A DNA stretch of 64,000 nt from Pelagomonas calceolata (Eukaryota): the NCBI GenBank assembly GCA_918797485.1, contig CAKKNE010000004.1, positions 558,001 through 622,000 on the forward strand, read 5' to 3'. A program made the position numbers and the translations under genes. Positions 44,055-55,155 of the stretch are shown here, one piece after another (within the stretch, counting starts at the first letter, position 1; each line of letters starts with the position of its first letter). The notes beneath the pieces are model-generated. The model saw only the letters and a program-made list of their open reading frames with translations. It was not told the origin of the DNA and did not search any database.

Positions 44055-44257
44055 CAGCATTTTAGTTTTTGCGGCTCTACGGCTTTACGGCTGCTTAGGC
44101 TGCTCATAACGCCGCAGCGGGCTGCCTCGGATCGCTGCGGACGCTACTGACCACTTGTGCGCAGCCCAGCTCGCTCACAGCCCCTGGGGGCAGCACTCTC
44201 AAAAAGAGATCCACCAGCACGCCATCGACGCCATCGACGCGACACGCGACCGCAGCC

Positions 44258-46433
44258 ATGGACCACCCCCTGAACCAAGCTTCGATAGATGGCTTGGACG
44301 AGATGGACAAGATCCTGAAGGGCATGGCCGAGTTGGATGGGGACACGACGCCGCACGCCGACGCGAGCCTCGAGGCATTGCGGAGGGGCGAGAAATCTTT
44401 GAAGGACGAGTGGCCTGTTGGAATGGATGAAAATGTGGAAAAACTGATAAAAGCGGCGCGGAACGCTAGAGAACAAAAACCGAACACGGACGTGACGGTC
44501 GAGGGGCAAGTGGCGGAGCTCGTCGAGGCCGCGAATGAAAAGCTGCAGCGGGCCACGAAAAACAGTGTGAGGGACGCCTTGCGGACGTACGACGAGGTGT
44601 TGGCTTCCGGTGCTCAAGGTGAATATTTAGTACCTTTATTAGTGAACAGGGCCATCGCGCTGGACGCGCTCGGGGAGTGCTCGGCCGCGGCCGAATCTGT
44701 GCGACTGGCGATGGACGCGCTGCCGCCTGATAGTGAAAAGAGGCAAGAGTTACAAAGGTTGCGGGACGAGTTCGAATCTGCCGCATTGGAGAAGCCTACT
44801 GACGTTCCTTCGCATGAAGGGGATGCTGCCGCGATGCTGAACGCGTTGAATGCGCCTCCCGAACCGGCAGAGGGCGGTGCTCCGTTCCCGCCGCCGCCGC
44901 CGCCTGCCTCCATACCTGCGCATAAGCACGTGCGCCGCGGGCCTCCGCTGCGATTTTCTGAGAGTGACAGAAGTGAAGCTTGTACGTCGAAGGATGCCGG
45001 CAATCTTCATCTGAGGGAGGGCAACGTATCTCAAGCGTTGGTAGAGTATGGGAATGCGATCAAAAAAGATCCTGATGATGCGATCCTCTGGTCGAACCGT
45101 TCAGTCGCGTTCCTACAGTTGTCGGAAGACAACGACACGACAGCGGCACAAGCGGCCGCCGACGCGTTGCGAGCCGTGACCTGCGATCCAAACTGGCCTA
45201 GAGGTTATTGTACCCTGGGGGATGCGTTGTTGCGGCTCGGCTCGCCGTTGGAGGCCCTCGAAGCGTTTCTAGATGGGGCTCGAGTAGCAAGAGACGCGGG
45301 TCGCTTGGAGGACGCGTTCGAGCTGGACCGGAAGGGGCGCGACGCGCGCGACGCGGTTTTGAAGCGGCGTCCTTGTGTCTGCTCGATGGCGTCTGAGACA
45401 CAACTCCGCGCAGGCCCAGCAGGAGACGGAGCGTTTGAGAGAGCAGCTCAAGAGCGGAACTGTCCAGAAGGAGCCCGCCCGGACGAAGAGCGTCACGTCT
45501 AGATTGGCGTATCGGGCTTGCGCCGAGGCGCCGCGCGACCGGTCTGTATTTGAGAGGCTTGCGCAAGGTACCTCCGTCGAAGTTTTTAAGAGCCACGGCC
45601 TCGGGCTGAGGGTGACAAGGGACGTCCAAGCAGGCGAAGTTTTACTCCAAGAAAAGGCCCTCTGTGTTATCTCATTGCGGGACGACGCGTGCCTCATTTG
45701 CGCCGCGAAGCTGGAGCGGGAGCAGTCCTTCTGCTGCGGTGCGTGCGAAGCGCTCTTCGAGAAACGAGTAACGGGTGCCTCAAAACGGTTCCGCGCCCAT
45801 CGACGGTCGCTGGAGGCCGAGGGGTGCGTCGTCGGGGCGGGCTTTCATTCACTAGCGGCATCGCAACTCTTTGGTGTTGATGGTGAAGATTTGCGCGTCC
45901 TCGAAGCACTATTGAGGCCGGGCGATCTAGCGGAGAGGCCTTTACTAGCTTTCTCGGACCGCCACGCGTTGATACAAGACATTGACGAGTTGCGGCACGG
46001 TCCGGAGGATGACGGGGACTATGTGCGCAGAAGGCGTCAGACGGCCTCGATTGATTTCGGCCGCGTCGACGCCTTGGCCGGCGCGCTGGAGATGAACAAT
46101 CTGATTGTGCGCGGTGGCGAGGCGGTTGTGATACCTCGACTCGCGTGTCTAGCCAACCACGACTCGCGGCCGTCCTGTGAAGTGTGGCTCGGCGACGAGC
46201 GAAGCTTGGAGGTCGTCGCATGTCACGACATGAAGGCCGGCGACGAAGTTACTTTGGATTATTGCGCGTGTAGCGCGACGGTCGATCACAGAAGGATGGT
46301 CCTCGGGCCGTTCGGACTGGCTCATCTGGCGGCCGTGGAGCTCGTGGAAGATATCGAGGAGGAGTTTCCTGATTATGTGCCGGAGAATCGGCGACGGGTC
46401 GATCCGGCTCCTCCTGGGCCTCCTGGGGAGTAG
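44258..46433 (+). CDS. TPR + SET domain (SMYD-like) protein; 2 exons
   Basis: TPR KDAGN...ILWSNRS...PNWPRGY; SET GLGLRVTRDVQAGEVL...ANHDSRPSC...GDEVTLDY. Joined by an intron ending at 45413 (donor GC 45344 or GT 45356). Confidence 0.85.
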
Positions 46434-46954
46434 TCCTGGTGTGGTGGCGCGAACCGACGGCGCGTTCGTCGAGGGCCGGGGAGTAGGCGGCGCGTCGACA
46501 TCGTGATAGTAAGTTTGTGTGTTTTTCTTCTTATGGAGTCTGTCGTAGAGGATGTACCAGGCGCCCAACCAATCGGCTGGATTGCCCGAGCTTGCCCGGT
46601 TTCATCTCGAAAAGACGGCCCAAAATCGACGTCGTGCCACAGAGGTGTAAACCAGCGCCACGAAGAGTTCCTTCACGCACGTCTCGCACCGCCGGGCGCA
46701 CGAGAATCGTCTATCTCGTCGTGCATTTGATTAAAAAGCACCACTCTCTGAGAGCAGCTGGACAATCCTCCTCGTGACGGCGCGCACGCCTGGCGCCGTC
46801 CATCCGCGGCCTTCGGCGCGACCGCAAGGACGCCTCTGCGCACGCGCGTCGTCGGCTTTCGGTCTATGTGGGTTCACGCCGGCGGCGACGCGCACGAGTG
46901 ACGCCGCACTGCCGCGGCGCGCGATAACGCGTCCGCCCCTCGCACGCAGGCAGC

Positions 46955-47425
46955 ATGGCGCGCGGCTGGTTCATCTGCGGCGGCTCGAGCAAAGACACCG
47001 TCCCGAGGCCGCCCCTCCGCGAGAGCGAAGGCGACGAGGTGAGCGTCAAGCCCGTGGCGGCCGCCGACGAGGACGCGCCCGCCGCCGAGGACGGCGCGCC
47101 CGCCGACGAGGACGACGCGCCCGCCGACGAGGCCGAGGCGGCGCGCGAGTCGGAGTTCGAGATCTGGAACGGTGATCCTGAGGAAATTGTCGCCGCGTCG
47201 CGAAAGAGCTGGCCGCCGTCGGAGGCGAAGCGCGTCGCGGGGGCGGCGCGAAAAAAGAGCTGGCCGTCGGCGGAGCTGGAGCGCGCCGCGGGGGCGCCTC
47301 CGGCCGCGGAGGCTCCGGGGGCGTCGCCGGTCAACGCCTACTGGTGGACGCGCAAGGTCCTCGCCGAGAACGAGGTCGATTTGGACGACGACCACGACCT
47401 CGACGACGGCAAGTCTAGGATCTAA
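46955..47425 (+). CDS. Hypothetical acidic low-complexity protein with short internal repeats
   Basis: ATG ORF with DEDAPA repeats and the pair RKSWPPSE/KKSWPSAE. Confidence 0.5.
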   Translation: MARGWFICGGSSKDTVPRPPLRESEGDEVSVKPVAAADEDAPAAEDGAPADEDDAPADEAEAARESEFEIWNGDPEEIVAASRKSWPPSEAKRVAGAARKKSWPSAELERAAGAPPAAEAPGASPVNAYWWTRKVLAENEVDLDDDHDLDDGKSRI

Positions 47426-47439
47426 GTGCACACAATATA

Positions 47440-48957
47440 TTAAGATGGAAACTCGCCGCCGCCTCCCTCGCGCGGCGGCGTCAGCAACGCGCCAGTCGGC
47501 CGCAGCGCCCTAGGAGGAGGCGATCCGCGCAGCGGCGAGGGCGTCGGCCGTTTGCCGACGACGGACGGCGCCGCGATGCCTGGGGCCGCCAACGTATTCA
47601 CGGGCGACACGTCGACGAGCTCGAAGATGCCGCGCGACCGCGACCGCCGCCGGTAGAAGAGGAAGCTGACGATAAAGACAGCAAGAAGGACGCACGTGAC
47701 GACGACGGCCACGGCCGCGGCGGTCGCGACCTTGGCGTCGCTCGTCGACGAAGAGCTTTTATCAGAGGAGGTCCCTCGTCGGCCCTCGATGAAGCCGAGC
47801 GCGGTCTCGATCTCGTCGGCGCGGCCGCAGACGTGGCCAGCTTTTACTGTACACTCGACGGTTTCTCTGGAGGCGCCGACGAACGTGGAACACGACACGT
47901 CTCCATTTCCGTAGGCGTTGGTCGCGACGGGCGCGGCGGGCCCGCCGTGGTGGAGGCTCCACGCCCGCGTCACGTTGCGCGCGGCCGTGTAGTACCTGCG
48001 GTGCGTCGGACGGTGTGAGGACTCTGAGCGACGGCGTGGGGCTGGGGCTGCTCTGTGCTAGTGTGGTGTCCTGCTCGATGGCGTGGATGTTCACAAGTAC
48101 CACCAGTACGCCAACAACCGCCCTCCACGCCATCGACGCGGCTCATTGTCAGCAAGGACACGGGACACATACCAGCCGCGCTCGTCGTCCTCGTCTACGG
48201 TCGCGAGCGCGACGCCGGGGCCCGGCGCGTCCTCGCTCGCCTCGTACGGAATCGTCGTGTCGGAGAGGCCCCAGATCCCGAGCAGGTGGGCGGAGGACGA
48301 GGGCGGCCGCCAGAAGCCGGGGTGAGGCGCCCCCACGATCGACACGCCGCCGGCGAAGAGCCCTGCACTTCTTGAATCAGCTAGCGCCTCGTAGACCATC
48401 ATGGCCCCGTTCGAGCAGCCCGCGACCCACACCTGCTCCAGGTCCACGCACAGCATCTTCTCGACCGCTTCGAGCGCATCTAACAAGACTCGCGTCGAGT
48501 CCTCGCACGTCGTCCACCAGCAGCCGTCCGAGTTTTCGCACTCGCAGGTCTCGGCATAATAGGAGCAGTAGTCTGTACTACCAGGCTTGCAGGTGGCGCC
48601 GCGCGGCCCTGGACTTGAACTGCTGCCTCCGGCGTTCCAGCTCTGCCAGTTTTCCGGCCCGCTGCCTTCCAGCGCTGCCGTAGCGATGCCTTTTTTCCTT
48701 GCTGTTGATGCGAAGGCGTCGCCCTCGGACGCGTCGCCGCCCCAGCCGTGCATGTATAGAATAAGGGGCACTGGCGTTTCGTAGTCGTAGTCTTGTGGCA
48801 GCGTCAAGATGTGGTTGTGGCCGTCTAGCGCGAGCGGTAATGACTCCATCCCCACATATTCGAGGATGTCCGTGCTCTCGACGCCGCAGCCCGAGCTCAC
48901 GGCGCCGGCGGCCACGCGCGCAACCGCGGCGACAGCGAGGAGCCGCCGGCATGCCAT
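47440..48957 (-). CDS. Alpha/beta hydrolase (PHB-depolymerase/LpqC-like esterase) with signal peptide and C-terminal TM; 2 exons
   Basis: PLILYMHGWG; WNAG; VAGCSNGAMM (GxSxG). GT-AG intron 47996-48172 joins to the ...GHVC...TM exon. Confidence 0.85.
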
Positions 48958-49543
48958 CGCTGCGCAGACCTCCGGAGCGCCTAAAACTGGTGATCTATAG
49001 CTGCGCAGAACCAGCAATGGAATGCTGTGCGGAGCAGCCAGCCGAAATGCGTGCGAAACAAATGCAAGGCAGTGATCAGGCGACGCAGTAGTCCAGCGGG
49101 CACCACTCACGAGTGCTATTTTCACCGCTGCGGCCGCGTACCGCTCGTACGCGCGCGGCGCGCAGCAATTGCTGCCTAACGTGCGGGTTCCGACGCTTCG
49201 CCCAGGCCCGCGCCAACGTCGCCTGTGGTCCGACCCGACAGGTTCTTGGACTGGTCTTCCACATCCCTACTTGTTGAAGCGAGCCGCGCGGCTTCCGCTC
49301 GTACGCGCGCGCGCGTCCCAGCCTGAGTACCCGTCGGACTCGCTTCTTTTTCCGGACGCGTCTCCGCCACCCCAGTAGACGGTCCTTCCGGCCACTAGCA
49401 CACGACTGGGGCTCGCGTCACGGCACATGAGCAGGCTTTGCAGATCGACAGATTGCAAGACCAACATCGAGCGCCGCGGGGCGGGCTGCGAGGAGTCCAG
49501 AGACCGGGAGCGCCAGCGCGCCACGCCTCTTTGCACCAGCACC

Positions 49544-50414
49544 ATGGCGGGGTTGAAAGCAGCAATCGTCGCGCTGGCCCTGAGCACTGCCAGCTGCTTT
49601 CAGCAGGCACCGCAGACCGGCGCCGCGCGTGGCCGCCCGCGCCTGAAATCCTACTGGTGCCTTCACTCGGAGCATTTCCGACGCGGGGATGCGGTCGCGC
49701 GGCACCGCTTTGAACCTTGCGCCGTCCGCACCGTCGCGTCGCCGCGCAGGCCAAGGCGTCATCGTCAACGGCTACGTCCCCAGCGGCATGTCGCCCGAGG
49801 CCTACGCCGCCATGAAGAAGCGCGAAGAAGACGCGCGCAAGAAGAAGCAGTTCGGAAAAGGAGGAGCTAGAGGTTTTGAAAGCAGAAGCATGCAGTCGTT
49901 CGTCGCGGGCCTCGAAAAAGGAGAGACCAAACATTTGTTCCCGGTCAACCCGGAGAAGGTGCGCAAGGGCGAGATCGCCCTGAAGGACGTGCCCTACATG
50001 CAGCGCGGCGGCTCCTGGACGAACTCCGACCTCACGCAAAAGAAAAAGGGCTGGATGAACACGGGCTTCGGCATGAACGCCTACAACGACGGCAAGGCCA
50101 AGGCCCAGAAGGCCAACAAATATGACGCGAAGTATAATGCGGTCAAGCCGTCCGTCGGGATTTTCGGCGACGCCGGGGCGCTCGACTGGACGGGCCGAGG
50201 TGCCCGCGCGGGCGGAGGTGCGCAAGCCGGTACCAGGGATGGCCTCGTGAATCGGGCCAAAGCGAATGGATTGTCCAGAGATCAGCAGATGTGGCGCGAC
50301 GCCGGGGCGTTATCTCAGAAACAAATAAACGCCCAGAAGCGCTGGGGCGGTGCGCCGAAGATCGACGTCAACGGCGCCAAGAAGCCGGAGAAGAAGTTCT
50401 TCGGGCTCTTTTAA
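49544..50414 (+). CDS. Plastid-targeted hypothetical protein; 2 exons
   Basis: MAGLKAAIVALALSTASC-FQQAP bipartite presequence. A phase-1 intron ending at 49749 (donor GT 49629 or GC 49620) joins to YVPSGMSPEAY...KKFFGLF. Confidence 0.8.
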
Positions 50415-50542
50415 GGCCGGTCGCGGTCCGGTCTACGTGTTTCGAGACGGCCCGCCCAAGTCTAGGGCCGAGGGGGTACTATCGCTGTCTAAGTGCCCGT
50501 TATTGTAGTGCCATCGCGGCGATGGCGTACGGTGGTAGCACA

Positions 50543-51241
50543 CTACCCTCTACTTACGCTGAACCGCGCGCCCCCGTCGTGAGTCGTGATCTTCACAGTC
50601 CTCACCTCGCAATTGGAGAATCGTTTCGTGCAAGGATTCGGCGCCTCGACGCAACTGTGGCCGCCATGGTCGTCCGGATCGAAGGTCACGGCGAGCAGAC
50701 CGCCGTGACACACGACCGCGATGGTGTCTTCTGGTCGTTTCACGAGCCACTGTAGAGCCGCCACGCCCCGCCGCGCGACGGAGGCCTCCTCCTCCAACAC
50801 CTCCGCGTCCCACCTTTCATCATTTTCAGGTAACTGGGACACGTCGACGAAGGGAAAGCGCTCCTTGAGCTGCGACGCGGTCCGTCGTTTCGAGTTGACA
50901 AGCTGGCCGCACCATTCCCGTAGCTCTTCGATGCAAACGATTTCCCTACCAGGATACATCAATGAAGCGGTCTCGACCGCTCGCGACAGGGGAGAGGCCA
51001 CGACTAACTGGACGTCGGGTGCGCGAGCGTTTCTCGCCTGCTCCCTTCCTACGTCTGTGAGGTCGGCATCAAATGCATCATCTTTCCGCATTTGGTCAAT
51101 AAATTCGTCAAAAGGACACCCCGCGTCGCGCTTCGCCTCCGCGCGCACGTTGTGCTGGGCCTGGCCGTGGCGCACGAAGCTTATGGTCTGCGTCCGCGTC
51201 GCCGCGACCGGTGGTGCCGCATTTTTTAACGTTGCTGCCAT
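50543..51241 (-). CDS. Histidine phosphatase (phosphoglycerate mutase family)
   Basis: FVRHGQAQHN, DADLT..G..QA, VASPLSRAVETA, VVCHGG, FSNCE. Confidence 0.9.
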   Translation of the reverse strand: MAATLKNAAPPVAATRTQTISFVRHGQAQHNVRAEAKRDAGCPFDEFIDQMRKDDAFDADLTDVGREQARNARAPDVQLVVASPLSRAVETASLMYPGREIVCIEELREWCGQLVNSKRRTASQLKERFPFVDVSQLPENDERWDAEVLEEEASVARRGVAALQWLVKRPEDTIAVVCHGGLLAVTFDPDDHGGHSCVEAPNPCTKRFSNCEVRTVKITTHDGGARFSVSRG

Positions 51242-51819
51242 GCCGGACGCGGACGGCGCCAGCAGGGCGACGATGAATGCGATGCGTGCCAGCTTGCACG
51301 GAGTGCTGCACCGCTGTGCTGACTTGTTGTGATGGACCCTCTGCGGCGAGTTCTTCCAGATTGCAGCGTGCCGCGACGGCGTGTGCTGTGCAGGCTGTGC
51401 TGACAGTGTGTCCTCTGCTGCTAGCCCGGCCCTGCGAATGAGCTAGATACGTGCAGCAGCCCGTCGTCTTAGTGCGATCCGTCGTGCGGATCAATCGACT
51501 GTCCGTTTTTCGCACGCCTGTGCGTGTAACCAAAGGGGGTGCGTGGTCTTGCAAGGCTCTCCCAGCAGTTTTTTTGCTTGCAGCACACTGCCGTCTCCGC
51601 ACCTTAAAGAGGATTGAAACACCTCGCCGCACTGCTCGGACAGCTGTAAATTGCGGCGGAACCACAAAACAGCCGCAGCGGCGCGCCGTCTTGCGCACAC
51701 CACACTGCCCACAGGAGACTCAACTGCATTTCACGCGCGCCGCCGCGACGCCCGTTCAAAAGTAAAGCCGGCCTCGGCGACGCAGAAGATACCCGGGCTC
51801 CAATTTGCACTCATCAAAC

Positions 51820-52590
51820 ATGGTCGCGACGCGTAGAGCAAAAGCCGCCTCGCCGGCGCCCAAGCCGCGCGGCCGCGCCCAGTCGCCGGCGCGGAAGCCT
51901 GCAGCCAGAGCCAAGTCGCCGGCGCGCAAGCCCGCCGCGCGAGCCAAGTCGCCACGACGCAAGGCCAAGAACGGCAACGGCATCGCGCACACCTTACAAA
52001 CCGGAAGAGAACATTCACTGGTCGAGTTCCTCATGCTAAGGGTCATGGTCATCTTCGAGGAGGGCTCGAACGTCCCTCCGGGAAGCCCACCGGCACCCCA
52101 AACAGGCTGGTACGCCGCTTCTTCTTCCACCTTCGCTTTGTTAGGACTGTTCGCGATGACGCGGTTCACGTGCCCCGTCTTCCCGGGCCATCAAGTGGAG
52201 GCGGTGATCTGCGGGATTCAGTCCATATGTAGCTGGGGCAACGACGTCCACAGTTTTGGCCGTCCAAGTAAGTGGAAGAACGCCGACCGCCTCGTCGCCT
52301 CGGTGAACATCATGTGGCAGATGTGCAAACTTATTTGGTTGGAGATGACTCTCTTGGAGTACGTCGTGTGGATCGGCGGCCTATGTGTCGCATTGGCTTG
52401 TTTTCAAAGAGGCCAGAAGTTGTTGCATTCGAGGAGCCCGAAGCCCCCCACGAAACGGGACTTCTCCGCCTTTTTGTGGTGGCATGCCGTCTGGCACTGC
52501 GTGTTGCCGTTCGCGGCAGGGGCGTGGATGTGGGTTCGCGGGCGAAGGTTGGGCTGTGGCTGCGTCGACGCGGTGGTCTGCCGGTTTTAG
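51820..52590 (+). CDS. Multi-pass membrane protein with H1-like SPxK/R-repeat N-terminus
   Basis: SPARKPAARAKSP repeats; several TM segments; S...NDVH and WWHAVWH motifs (CREST-superfamily-like, inference). Confidence 0.7.
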   Translation: MVATRRAKAASPAPKPRGRAQSPARKPAARAKSPARKPAARAKSPRRKAKNGNGIAHTLQTGREHSLVEFLMLRVMVIFEEGSNVPPGSPPAPQTGWYAASSSTFALLGLFAMTRFTCPVFPGHQVEAVICGIQSICSWGNDVHSFGRPSKWKNADRLVASVNIMWQMCKLIWLEMTLLEYVVWIGGLCVALACFQRGQKLLHSRSPKPPTKRDFSAFLWWHAVWHCVLPFAAGAWMWVRGRRLGCGCVDAVVCRF

Positions 52591-52599
52591 TAACTTTAT

Positions 52600-53337
52600 T
52601 TATTTCTTACGGAGCTCTCGCAACCTAGTTTCGATGGCGTCGACCTCGGGCTGCGCCGCGTCGACCCTTAAAACACCGGAGGCGAGGTCGTCGCCGATCT
52701 TGCGCTTCCGCGCTTCCAGCTCCTCAATTTGCGCCGTGGGTCCCTCCGTCGGGACTTGGGGAGGCAGCGGCGCCCAGACGGACGCGCCACACCGCGCCAC
52801 GGCGATTTCTAGTTGGGAAGGCCGTCGGACCTCCTCCTCCGCAACCATCACCTCATCTACACCCTCGACGTCCTCGATATCGATGTCGAGGTCGCACGCT
52901 ATTCCCAAAGCTTCCCGACATTCTGACGCCGACGCTCCACCTGCTACCTCTACTCGTCTACCGTTGAATGACACGGTTCTAGGTGTCGCGAGCTCCTCTG
53001 TCAACTTTTGGACATAGGCCCTTCGTTCCGGATCCTCGTCGGCGAAGGGGTACCTCTGCCTTACGAGGTCGACCAGTGAGGGAGAGACGCTCTCGCAGAA
53101 GCGGCGAAAACCAAGTTCGTGGTGCATGAGCAGCGCGACGTAGGCGCCCGTGCCTGCACAAGCGGCGGAAGCACCTATGGCCTTGAGGTACCAGGGCCAG
53201 CCCTTCTCTGGGGTTGCTGCTGCTGCCTCGTTCAGAAGATTGCCGGCTTTTACGGATGCATACGTCTTCTCGGTGCTGAGGCGCCTGAGCGGCCGCGGCG
53301 ACCGGCGTGCGGCGCGGCTGGCTTGCCGCAGGAGCAT
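52600..53337 (-). CDS. Probable mitochondrial single-TM protein
   Basis: MLLRQASRAARRSPRPLRRLS presequence-like start and one hydrophobic segment. Confidence 0.65.
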   Translation of the reverse strand: MLLRQASRAARRSPRPLRRLSTEKTYASVKAGNLLNEAAAATPEKGWPWYLKAIGASAACAGTGAYVALLMHHELGFRRFCESVSPSLVDLVRQRYPFADEDPERRAYVQKLTEELATPRTVSFNGRRVEVAGGASASECREALGIACDLDIDIEDVEGVDEVMVAEEEVRRPSQLEIAVARCGASVWAPLPPQVPTEGPTAQIEELEARKRKIGDDLASGVLRVDAAQPEVDAIETRLRELRKK

Positions 53338-53428
53338 CGTTGCAAGTCGACAGCGCCGGGTCAAATATAGCTCCTGGCTGTGATTTTCTCGCGTCCGCGA
53401 TGAATTGCGCTTCAGCCGCAAAAGCCGA

Positions 53429-53452
53429 GCTAGCGTCCGGTAAGACACTAGC
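53429..53452 (-). promoter_or_regulatory. Recurrent GCTAG...CTAGC element
   Basis: gctagcgtccggtaagacactagc, about 90 bp upstream of the minus-strand ATG at 53337. Confidence 0.6.
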
Positions 53453-53602
53453 AACAGGCTAGTATGTTTCAAGGGGCAGCGTCCGTCCAGCGCCCCGCGG
53501 CCCATCCAACAAACTACGGACGGAAGAAGGCCCACAAAGCCACGGAAGCCACCAACGTAACTACGGGCAGCACGCCATCGCAGCCCGACAACACCAACAA
53601 CG

Positions 53603-55027
53603 ATGCTGGCCAAGATGAGCCCGCGCGTCCAGCCCCTGGAACACGACCCCGAGTCTCCTGCCCCGCGTTTACAAACGCCCCCCGGACCGTCCAGTGGGAC
53701 ACAACAACCCTTCGCCGACACGATGGACGAGCAGTGGCCCGGGCCCGATTCGCCCCCGAAGACCAGCACGCCCTCGTTCCACAATTACGATGATGAGGAA
53801 GAGAAGGACCCCGACGAGGTCTTCGGTCCGCTGCGGAATCGAGCCTCGGCTTTGAGAGGTGCGGCGGAGAACGGCGACGCCTCGGCGCAAGTACGGTTGG
53901 GTTACATGTACGTCGATATAGGAGATCGTACAAATGCGGAGGACTTTTTTGGGAGAGCAGCCAGGAATCATGATGCGGACGCCCACTACGCCCTGGGCAT
54001 GCTCGCCAAAAGTGGACCGGAAGCGTCATCTACCGATGCCGCGGAGGTCGAGGCAGCTTATGCGGCAAGTGCCAGACATCTGTCGCGGGCGGCGAAGCAG
54101 GGCCACTCCTGGGCGGCCTACCACCTCGGGGACGCGTATGCGCGAGGGGTCGGTGTTGTTAGGGACCTGAAGATCGCGGAACGGTTTTTACGTTCAGCTG
54201 CTGCTGCCGGGTGTATCCCTGCGATGAACGCCCTAGGCGCCTGTCTCGAACGTTCAGCGAGAAATCCCGTCACCGAGACCTTAGATGTCCCCGAAGACGT
54301 CTTTACCAGTAAGCCTCCTGAGGAGGAGGACTCACCGAGCAAAGCTAAATCTGGAAGAGACCGGAAACTCAAGGACGCGTGTGTCTGGTACGCTCGCGCG
54401 GCCAAAGCCGGGGATCGCGACGCGCAGTGCAATTTGGGGCGGTGCCACTACCTGGGCATCGGCGTGCCCCGGGATCCGTCGCGTGCCCTTGACGTCTGGC
54501 TGCTGGCCGCGGACCGGGGCTGTCCGGCCTCGTGCAACAACGCGGCGGCATTACTCGCGAGGAAAGCCGCTGATGATGCGGGCGAGGGCGTGTTAGCCTT
54601 AGAAGCTGAAAGGTTATTACTACAAGCTGCGGAGTTGGAGAGTACCACCGCTCGCTTCAACGTCGCTGTGATTCGCTCAGCAGGTCTAGGGGACGTTGTG
54701 AAACATGAAGAGGAATCAATAAGGCAGTTGAGGCAGTCTGCTGAATCAGGTGAGCCCGCGGCGAATTTGGCTTTAGGTGACGCCTATGCGGCGGGCATCG
54801 GCGTGCCCCGCCAATCGGACAAGGAGGCGTTTCGGTGCTACAAGGTGGCCGCGGCCGCCGGCGAGCCCGACGGCCAGTATCGGTTGGGCTTGTGCTATGA
54901 GCGGGGCAAGGGCTGCATGGGCGACGCGCAGCGGGCGATGCGGTTGTACGATGCGGCTGCTAGGGCGGGTCACTTGGCAGCAGCGGCTCGGGCGGGTGCC
55001 ATGCAGACGGGGGGCGAGGAGTATTAA
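53603..55027 (+). CDS. Sel1-like repeat protein
   Basis: Repeated A(Q)xxLGxxYxxGxGV...AA..G motifs. Confidence 0.9.
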   Translation: MLAKMSPRVQPLEHDPESPAPRLQTPPGPSSGTQQPFADTMDEQWPGPDSPPKTSTPSFHNYDDEEEKDPDEVFGPLRNRASALRGAAENGDASAQVRLGYMYVDIGDRTNAEDFFGRAARNHDADAHYALGMLAKSGPEASSTDAAEVEAAYAASARHLSRAAKQGHSWAAYHLGDAYARGVGVVRDLKIAERFLRSAAAAGCIPAMNALGACLERSARNPVTETLDVPEDVFTSKPPEEEDSPSKAKSGRDRKLKDACVWYARAAKAGDRDAQCNLGRCHYLGIGVPRDPSRALDVWLLAADRGCPASCNNAAALLARKAADDAGEGVLALEAERLLLQAAELESTTARFNVAVIRSAGLGDVVKHEEESIRQLRQSAESGEPAANLALGDAYAAGIGVPRQSDKEAFRCYKVAAAAGEPDGQYRLGLCYERGKGCMGDAQRAMRLYDAAARAGHLAAAARAGAMQTGGEEY

Positions 55028-55155
55028 GGTACTTACAAATATCCGCGTCGATGGCGTCGATGGCGTCGAGGCGCTCCTTGCGTCCGTCGGGACGACCGAG
55101 GGCCCGGCACGCCATCGAGGCGCCGTCCCACGCGGCGGCGGCTCACAGAATGGAG

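Noticed and set aside
44258..46433. Programmed frameshift or pseudogene explanations for split ORFs (also AKR, 23780 gene, 35.2 kb, 39.5 kb, 48.1 kb, cupin)
   Set aside because: Each is resolved by a short GT/GC-AG intron that restores the frame, and in the recognisable families also restores conserved motifs.
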